Positions 55,201-64,000 of a DNA stretch of 64,000 bases are shown piece by piece; position 1 is the first letter of the stretch; the number at the start of each line of letters is the position of its first letter. Under the pieces are notes generated by a model, which was not told where the DNA came from, did no database searches, and worked only from the letters and a program-made list of their open reading frames with translations. The DNA lies in contig OZ024752.1 of assembly GCA_964016885.1 (NCBI GenBank), positions 434,001 to 498,000 on the forward strand, given 5' to 3'. Source of the DNA: Eledone cirrhosa. Its lineage: Eukaryota. The position numbers and the translations under genes are program-made.

Positions 55201-55554
55201 GGGACTTAGATACTAGTAGAATCTCTGTTACATATCCCACTAGTTATTCGACATATCTTTAAAATTCAGCAACGTTCGAACATTGAACGAGGGCATGGCG
55301 AAGTTTTTCATTGCTCTTGCGCACCTCGAAAATACTGGAATGACACTATTCTCGTAGCTATAGAGTCTAATCCGAGCTGCCGATTATACAAAATCATTAA
55401 CAAACCAACGGTTATTTTATTAAGTCGTCCGTAATCATTGATCTGAAATTACTTTACAATAATTGATTCTGATTGACGCCCAGAGTATATCTGAACACAC
55501 CCTCGGCCGGGCCTATTTCGAGGTTTCACATTAATGTATTTATTGATAATGCAC

Positions 55555-55639
55555 AGTTGCGACCGTTTCACAGATGAGTAGCTCAGGATCCATGTTAATG
55601 TTATAGATCCCACTCCAGCCCCAATCTGCTCATCAGACT
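55555..55639 (-). ncRNA. Type I hammerhead motif with extended stem II; cleavage-site U mutated
   Basis: Minus strand: agt CTGATGA gcagat...ggatc-loop-gatcc...atctgt GAAA cggtcg CA act. Confidence 0.55.
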
Positions 55640-55679
55640 TGTTAATCAAGCAAAATCAAAATCTCATCTGATTTATATG

Positions 55680-55766
<87 letters not shown>

Positions 55767-55861
55767 TAGGTAAAATATGCGTTAGTTAATCACCGACAGT
55801 ATTGAATGCAGGATAGAACACTCAATGAAATAGGACAGTTTACTCCAGAGTATAAGTATAA

Positions 55862-56047
55862 TAATTGTTTCTACTTTTGGCACAAGGCCAGCAATTACCC
55901 AGTGCATTACTGCTACTTTATTTTATCGACTCCGTAAGGATGAAAGGCAAAGTTAACCTCGGCGGGATTTGAACTCAGAATGGCAAAGGGCGTAATTCTA
56001 TGCATCAAAGCATGGCGTCCGACCCTCTACCGTTACAGCCATTCCAC
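55862..56047 (-). mobile_element. Meta-type SINE
   Basis: Family consensus. Confidence 0.85.
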
Positions 56048-56346
56048 ATAATAATAAAGTTGATTCCCGAGCAAATGGACGGCAAATCTCAGACCATGGT
56101 GCCACTAAGGAATTCACAATGGCTTGAGGATATGGTGGTGGAACAACCCCCGAAAAATAGCTTGTGGTCTTCTACTTCCCTTGCGCTGGTGCTGTGAGGC
56201 TGTTTATTCTAAGTCATACGTCACAGGTGTTTTGAGAAAGTAACACCAAGTATCAGCCCGGGACATATTAATGAAGTGAAACAGCAGGAGTAATTTTTAA
56301 TTATTCTTCATGATTTTTCTGAGTGTTTTTTTCTGTTCAGATTTTA

Positions 56347-56393
56347 GTTGTCTGATGAGGTCATACTGTTACCGTCGAAATATATATAACAGC
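56347..56393 (+). ncRNA. Type I hammerhead motif
   Basis: gttgt CTGATGA ggtcatactgttaccgtc GAAA tatata TA acagc, followed by aataaa. Confidence 0.7.
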
Positions 56394-57131
56394 GATTATG
56401 AATAAATGAAGCAAATTCTAACCTGTCGAATTGTACTTCATTATATATATATGAAGCAGTTTATACTGGGTTACATAGTGCCGATAGCAATAATTCGAAG
56501 AATTCAGGGTTTTTCCCCCCATAATATGAAGGTCTCCAGTCGCAGAGGCCAAACTCACCCGAAGCATAATATCTTCCCTTTCATGCTTAATTATGAGTGT
56601 TATGTTCTTTAGATCATATCCGTCATTATTAAATTTTCGTCAAACAATGTGTATAGTTTGTCCTCACCCGACCTCAGAATCTTATTGAAATACAAATCTT
56701 CTTTAGAGATGCAAATTAAATTCTTACGTTAACAGTTTTCTTCATTAGCGGAGTTCTCGCTTTCGTATATCCCTCCACCCGTCAAGTAAAGGGGGCGATA
56801 TAATCGACGTCACCCACTCATTATATTGCTGGACTTGTGCCTAAATTAGAAATGGCTTTGCTAAAATGATTAGCTAATTCATTTTGTGTTATTCTTGGTT
56901 GCTACTTGACTCTTTGTACCCCTGTTCTTGGTCGATTTACGGTATTGCCATCAGTTTTCAATCTTTTAATTATGTGCCAAATTGAGCTTTCAGGGATATT
57001 AAAGTGTTCAGAGATCTTTGTATATATCTTATATATTTTAGCAATTTTATTTTGGATTTCAAGAGAAACTTATTTCCTTTAGATGTTTACATACACACAT
57101 ATGTACGTAAATACATACGTACATAAATATA

Positions 57132-57208
<77 letters not shown>

Positions 57209-57232
57209 ATAATAATAATAATAATAATAAAG

Positions 57233-57283
57233 AGTTTCAGAAGATCCCGTTAAGGGTGAAAGCAGCGATTCTTTGCTTAAACT
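57233..57283 (+). ncRNA. Hammerhead-like motif, CAGAAGA core (copy 3)
   Basis: Identical to 14803-14853. Confidence 0.55.
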
Positions 57284-57310
57284 TTAATCTATTATTATAT
57301 CTGTTATTAT

Positions 57311-57375
<65 letters not shown>

Positions 57376-57851
57376 TATACATCTTTCACGCTATTCTAGT
57401 TTACTCAGCTGACAAAAAATTAGCTGTGCATGTAAAGGGTCACCATTGTCACACACTGTCACGCTCAGCCTTCCCGGAAAATTCATGTAAGGGTACATGT
57501 AACTATGAAATAAAGTGTTCAGCTATACACGAGTTAATTTCATGAGCAGGACATTCCATTTGTTTAAACAACTAGAAAACTCTTCGTAGAAACCGACAGT
57601 GATCCATCAACGACATATCTATTTTGCAAACAGCTACATTTGTATATTTTTGACTAAACAGGTCATAACAAATATGACTTTATTTTATTTTCTTTGTCTT
57701 TTAGTTTTACTTCACAAAAGTTCCTGCGCTTTCAACCAAAAATCAACACCCAAAAGACGCGATAAATAACTTTTGACATGGTTTTTCGCTTTCTTCACAA
57801 AAGAATTTTGTCTGAAATGTTTCTGAATTTTCACTGACTGATTTGATTGAA

Positions 57852-57888
<37 letters not shown>

Positions 57889-58128
57889 AAATATATATAT
57901 ATTTTTATTTCTTTTCTCTTCTCATGTTTTCTACATTCATAATTTGTTAACACTACCACCACCACCGCCGTCGTCGTCGACGACACCACCACCACCACCA
58001 CCATCCACGCCACAATCACTATCATGATTGTCACAGTAACTGTCACATTGTCATCATCATCGTCGTCGTTATTATCGTCATGGCTCTCCTCCTCCTCCTC
58101 CTCATCATCATCATTCTATTATTATTAT

Positions 58129-58340
58129 TGGATTAGCAGTATCGGTGGAGCGTTGGACAACATGCTTTGTGGCATTTTGTTACGTCCCTTTAAGTTATGA
58201 GTTTAAATCCCACCGGGGTTAGCTTTGCCTTTCATGCTTACAGGGTCGATAAAACAAAGTACCAGTAACACACTGGGGTTGATTTAATCGAGTTTCCCCT
58301 TCCCTCAAATTATTGGCCTTGTGTTTAAACCAGAAACCAT
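58129..58340 (+). mobile_element. Meta-type SINE, older subfamily
   Basis: gagtttaaatcc B box and ctttgcctttcatgcttacagggtcgataaaa core. Confidence 0.75.
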
Positions 58341-58399
58341 TCATTTTTATTGCGTATTGTCATTGCATTACCGAGTACAGCTCTGTGCACTTCCAGTAT

Positions 58400-59805
58400 G
58401 TGCAGTGTGCTTTTTGGTGTTATTATTTCTATTATATTGAGATTACCTTTCATAATATGTGTGCAGTGCATAATAGTGCTGTTTTTTGTATGCTGTACAT
58501 ATTTGTAAGTCCTAGGGTTTTGGTTATGTATCTGTCTGTGTGCTTTTTTTAATTATTCCCCGGGGGTACCTAATATTATAGATGTCTCTGTTTTCATCAT
58601 CCACACTTTGGCTATTTCAATTTCTAAATATTTATATTTGGTTAGTTTCTTTATTTCTTTGGTAGATATATTGTCGCATGTGAGAATTAATCCATCAATT
58701 AGAAAACATTTTTCCTTGTGTTTTTTTTTACTATAATATCTAGTCTGATGGCTGTGATCTCCCTGTCTATGTGAATTGGCATATCCAAGAGTATGATTGT
58801 TTTGTCATTCTATGGCACCTTTTCTGGGGTTACTGTAACACCTATTTTCTGTTGGTATTTCCTTGTGTTGGCATAACTTCCAGTGTACGTAAACCCCAAT
58901 TCTATCATGTCTATGGATATATTATTTTTTTGGCTAAGACTGGGCAGCCAGAGATAATACGGTTAATTGTTTCTCACCCCACTTACACATATTCTGTAGT
59001 TAATGTGTTCGTCTTCATTATGTACTTCTGTCTCGGTTTTTAGTTCAGTGCTTCGTAACCAGTTTTGTGAATTTTGCTTGTCTGCTTCCTCTCTATTTAG
59101 CGTTTTAGGGTATTGGTTATGTAACGGTTTTCTTTCCATCGCTTTAGAATGGTATTCTGGAGGTCTGTTTTCAATTTAGATGTTATGTTTTTCACAATTT
59201 CTGTTGTTGTTTCTCCTTTGGTTTCATTTTCCTTACAATTATCTGTCAATCTAGCTTCTGTTTTAAATTTGTTGGCTTCCTAGAAACAATTTTTTGTTTT
59301 GTTAATGCTTCGTGGTTATTTGTATTAACTTTCCTTTGTTCTTCATTAGATATTTTTGTAGTCCTACAGTGGTTATTCTATAATAGTTTTCTAGTTACAT
59401 AAGGCCACTTCCATTTTGTGTTCGTGGTAGGTATACCCTTTCTACATCGGATTTTGGATGGTGTATCCCAAATGCATTCGTTATTTTTCATGTTTTTCTG
59501 TCTATTCCTGCTAGTTCATTTAGTATCCAGTTCAGAATATTAAAACTGTAGCTTATTACGGGGATTACTAGAGTATTGATGCCAATTGCCTTACTCTTTG
59601 CATTTAGTTCTGTCTTATGTAGTGATCTAACCCGTCTATAGTATTCTTTTCTAATCTTTTCTTTCATCTCCGTGTGTTGAGCCCTGTCTATTTCGTTGAT
59701 TCCTAAGTATTTGTTTGTCTGTGTTTGATCTACTTATCTTATCTCAGTTCCTTTATCTAGCATGATAATATAATTTTTCATTAGTTTTCCTCTTTTCAGA
59801 ACGGA
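58400..59805 (-). mobile_element. Decayed R4/Dong-clade LINE fragment
   Basis: Manual minus-strand translation: KYLGINE...KIRKEYYRRVR...NTLVIPVISYSF...HHPKSDVERVYLPR; ETINRIISGCPVLAK...HRHDRIG. Confidence 0.8.
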
Positions 59806-59807
59806 AT

Positions 59808-60355
59808 CAGCTACCAGTTGAGTCCATCGGGAAAATCGTCACACCACCTTCCTTTAGACAGGAAAAACAGGCAGTTTTTATCTGCCAGGTGGCGATGGCA
59901 AAATATGTGAGGTGGACAGGTTTGAAAGGGTTGAAGACATGTGCTTTCCACTTTGGCGAAGACATGATTAACCTTTTAAGGTTTCCATTGGAGAGGAAAA
60001 TCAGGTTGCAGATGGAAGTACTGATTTCCATCCAGTTTGTTGAAAGGCGGTTGTGAGTGGCGAGCATGGTCGGAATAAATGGGCCTGCTCTGAGTATGCA
60101 CCTGCAGATTGGAGGAGGGCAACTGGGAGAGAGCGCTTGCCCTAGAGCTCAGGATGACCGTGGCTTTTTGTGAGATTTCTCCACGAGTGACTCTCAGAAG
60201 TCTTCGCCTATATGAGAATTTGTTTTTGTTTGTTTCGTTTATGAATATTTATATTCATCGTTTTTGTTATAACCTTTTATACACACAAAAAACTACATCA
60301 TGTGCTGTCTCTAGTGTTTACTTAATGACAGCAATGTATGGCTAATAAAGGAATC
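59808..60355 (+). mobile_element. Decayed L1/Tx1 3' end, opposite orientation
   Basis: gagtccatcgggaaaatcgtcacaccaccttcc...gtttttatctgcc...gcgatggcaaaa resembles the reverse complement of 33130-33410; ends aataaag. Confidence 0.65.
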
Positions 60356-60633
60356 ATTATTATGATCAGTATTATAATTCCTACATACATGATATATATC
60401 TATACACAAACACATTCACACTTTCACACTCTTTATCTTCTCTCCTTTTATATATATATTATATTCTATCTGTTTATCTACCTGTCTCTCTCACGGGTCG
60501 TTTACTAGCAAAGTCATAATTCATCTTTGTCGCTTTTACTTATGCATTTATCAAGCTCTTCTTACACCACTTGTTACTCCATCACATATAACACTCTTTC
60601 ATTCATCTCTCCCTCCTTCCCCTCTCTCTCATC

Positions 60634-60683
<50 letters not shown>

Positions 60684-61313
60684 TATAAAGAGTTACTGCC
60701 CGATGGCTAAGCTGTTGTTCCAAGTAATTATCTGATCATGGTCTTACTAGACTAAACTGGTAAATCCCAATCTCCCCCCTCTCTCTCTCGCTCTCTCTCT
60801 CTCACTCGGCTGGTGTCACTTGGGGATCTAGCTGGATCAATAGGAGACGGTTGCATCTGAGAAGATCTGCTGGAAGGCGTGTTTGAGGACTCCGCCCCTA
60901 CGACCCTCTCAGGAATAAGTGGGCGAAGAAGATGAAGAAAAGGAAGAAGAAAAAGAAAAAGAAAAAGAAAAAGAAGAAAAAGAAGAAAAAGAAGAAAAAG
61001 AAGAAGAAGCTATTCAACAATGTCATATCAAACATCAAAAGAAAATGAAGAAATAGTAGGGGGTTGGAGCTGTGTTTATTTTGAAAGCTTAGAATACTAC
61101 TTGCTACTGCTAACTAATATCAGCTAATATTACTGTTTTGTGTCAGTGCAGTAAAACAGAGCTGTGTGAATGATAGAATTCGTGAAAATCCTGAAGTTCT
61201 AGACATAATAATGAGTCTATTCCTGATGTGTCTCGCATGGTATTACAATGTAGAAAGCATAATTAAATGAAATGTATTCTGCTCACTATGAAACCGGCGT
61301 CTATGCGCTGGAG

Positions 61314-61611
61314 CAGCGACCCCCCAACCTTTTTGCGCCACGGACTAGTGGAGAGGGGATCATGCGCATAACAAAACACAATAAACAATAAAATGTATAT
61401 TATATAATTTAATTATTAATTTAATTATTACATTTATACTGTAAATGTGACTCTACTCAACTTAAGGCAGACTCAACTCAATATAAGGTAGACCAGGGTA
61501 GTCAATAAAATGAAAAAAAAAAAAGAAAAAGATTTCATTCTTTCAGTGCGGCCTGTACCAAATGGTTCTCGGCCAGGTAGCGGTTCGCAGCCCGGTGGTT
61601 GGGGACTGCTA
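61314..61611. mobile_element. hAT (Charlie-like) MITE
   Basis: Termini cagcgacccccaacctttt / ggttggggactgcta; 8-bp target duplication is degenerate. Confidence 0.65.
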
Positions 61612-63419
61612 CTATAGAGGTTATATGTTGTTGATTATCTATGACTAAATTATCCTCTCAGCAGCAGTGAGGGCCTATCAGTTATATTGGCGAGACACGT
61701 ATGTTCACAAACATTACATTAAGCCAACACAGTATTCCACTTGAGTTGAGACATTGGTATATCTTTTCAACAAGGAAAGTTGTATAGTTGAATCCTTGAT
61801 CTAATATATAATATATGATACATTTAGAAATTGAAGTACGAATCAGTTTCAAACATCAGACTCGTCGAAAATGATTTAATCTCTTCATAGGGAATAGCAA
61901 GTCTCGTAGGGAATTTAAACTCTCGTAGGGAATAGTAAGATATTTGAGGCAAAGAATAGATTTTCTCACTTTGACAGTATACTTCCTTGAAGTAGGGGTA
62001 TTAATGATAAAGTGTGTTTTAAGATAACTTTAAGAATCCAGAGTTTTAACTGACAGTACTCGACAAATTAATTCTTATGGACATCTGGTAAAGAAGAATT
62101 AATACACAGACCTATTAAGTGTAAAATCAGTTTTTCTTCACACTATTTCCTACTTGGGAACCGTAGAATGTTTCTAACGACATGTTAATGTTGAATTAAT
62201 TCCACATTATCTGAATGCATTCTCAGATTCATTTGGGTAGATGGTGCCAAACTATCAACTTGTACATATATACAAGCATCATATTTTCTTGGTTTTACTA
62301 ATATTCAACATGGATAAAATTATATAAATTCACTATATTTTGGATAAATTGATTTATAAAGATGCTCACAGTCTTCTCTTGATACATACAATATGGCATT
62401 GAATATAGTCGCGGTGGCATAAAAGGATTATTTATTCTTTCGTATACTAAATAATATCCCCTGGAGAATTTCCCGTTAATAACATTTTTAGTAAAAACAA
62501 ATTGTTGTCTTCTTTGAATTAAAGCAAAAAAGCATCTTTCTTTTTTCCAGGAAATATCCTAGCAGTAATCAAGCAGCGAAATTAAATTGATATGTATTAG
62601 GTAAAATATTACGATTATATTTACGTTGGAAAGATTGCAAAGCGGAATTAGCTATTGCTGGTGGTAGAACTATCAAAATAAATTCCAGTGGACGTTTGAT
62701 TTGAATCAAGACCTATGAAGATTTTACAAAAATGTTAGGAATGATCTCTCGATATGTTACATGAAAAGAAATAAGTACTGGCAGATAAAATAACTATACT
62801 ACTCACAATTCAGTACTAAACAATGGCTTCAGCAAACCACGTTTGCTGTGGAAACATATGCTACCGTGTCCAACAAAATCAATTAGCAAAAACTGCTCAG
62901 TAAACATCAGAACACTAGTAGTAACTCAAAGCACAGTTGATATCAAGATTTAAGCGGAACTTCACTACGTTGTCAAAGTACTACATGGAAGAACGGTTAT
63001 TACGGAAATTGATAGAAACCAACAGACTTATTGTTATCCATGATCGATCAAGTTGCTAAAGAATACTTAGCAGAAATTGAGGCCCCCAGTTTTGGGGCAT
63101 TTTGCCTTACTGTGTTATGCTGCAGTAATTATTTGTCAACAGACAAGTGTAACGCGAATTAATCCTAATGATAACTCAGAACTAAAATGAATTACCTCCC
63201 TTCAACAAAACTCGGGGATAATGTCAGACAATTACTAACATTAACTGCAAAGTGAATGTTGTATTCATGAACTTCCAACTGAAACCGTGGAATTGACTAT
63301 CCAAATTGTTTGGGAAGTGGGTGCGAGAGAGACACAGATAAACTGAATGTCCTTCAACACTAACTCTGAGTTGTAAGTGAAAAATCTTCGTTATGGCGAG
63401 AGTTATTCATGGGGGAAAT

Positions 63420-63728
63420 CTGGAGTGCTGCATTCCAATTTCCCAAAACTGAGTGTAGGGTATCCCGGAGAGGAGTGTTCTCTGGAGTGTTACATTCCAA
63501 TTTCTCAAGAATCATTCCAGAGTATCCCGAGAAGAGTTTTCTGAAGTTCTACATTTCAATTTCCCAAGAATGATTCTAGAGTATTCTGGCGAGAAGCGTT
63601 TTCTGAAGTGTTACATTCCAATTTCCCAAGAATGATTCTAGGGTATCCCTGGGAGAGAAAATTCTCTGGAGTGCTACACTTCAATTTCCCAAGAATGATT
63701 CTAGGGTATTCCCGGGGAGGAGCGTTTT
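63420..63728. repeat. ~62-bp minisatellite, 5 copies
   Basis: Units start ctg(g/a)agt at ~63420, 63482, 63541, 63603, 63666; core ccaatttcccaagaatgattctagggtat. Confidence 0.9.
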
Positions 63729-63877
63729 CAAACTTTTGCTGTTGTTGTTTAACTTCAAGGCCAAATCTGTTCCCCGGTTTTAAAAGTACCAACGAGGCCA
63801 GCAATAGCACGAGCAGCATCCATCCATCCATTTCATCAGTAGCAGCATCGCGCCCATGGAAACAGACGTCCATTACA

Positions 63878-63940
<63 letters not shown>
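63878..63940. repeat. (ACT)n microsatellite
   Basis: Direct reading. Confidence 0.97.
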
Positions 63941-63941
<1 letters not shown>

Positions 63942-64000
63942 TTCTTCTTCCACATCTCCCAGCGCATCTGCATACTTCTTTTTCTTCTTGTAGTAAAGGG

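Noticed and set aside
62540-63350. Possible decayed transposase or LINE coding sequence; similar case at 27130-27950
   Set aside because: Too degenerate to assign by eye; needs BLASTX.

Overview
AT-rich, microsatellite-saturated animal genomic DNA. The SINE families and repeat load suggest a cephalopod such as Octopus (inference only). I found no convincing host protein-coding gene; almost all ORF-track entries are simple-repeat artefacts or decayed retroelement frames. The window holds a ~5 kb GC-rich 8/16-bp satellite, a decayed Penelope-like element (PLE: RT + GIY-YIG) plus a second PLE RT fragment, L1/Tx1, R4/Dong, CRE and RTE LINE relics, many tRNA-derived Meta-type SINEs, Helitron, mariner, pogo and hAT non-autonomous elements, and long (TA)n tracts. 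The most striking signal, read by eye, is about 16 type I hammerhead-ribozyme (HHR) motifs on both strands. Many sit in short non-coding units embedded in (TA)n and several lie inside long fold-back palindromes. They include a 416-bp near-perfect palindrome with a hammerhead motif in each arm, a recurring CAGAAGA (U4A) core variant, and U3-A8 covariant cores. All folds and coordinates were derived manually and need computational and biochemical confirmation.
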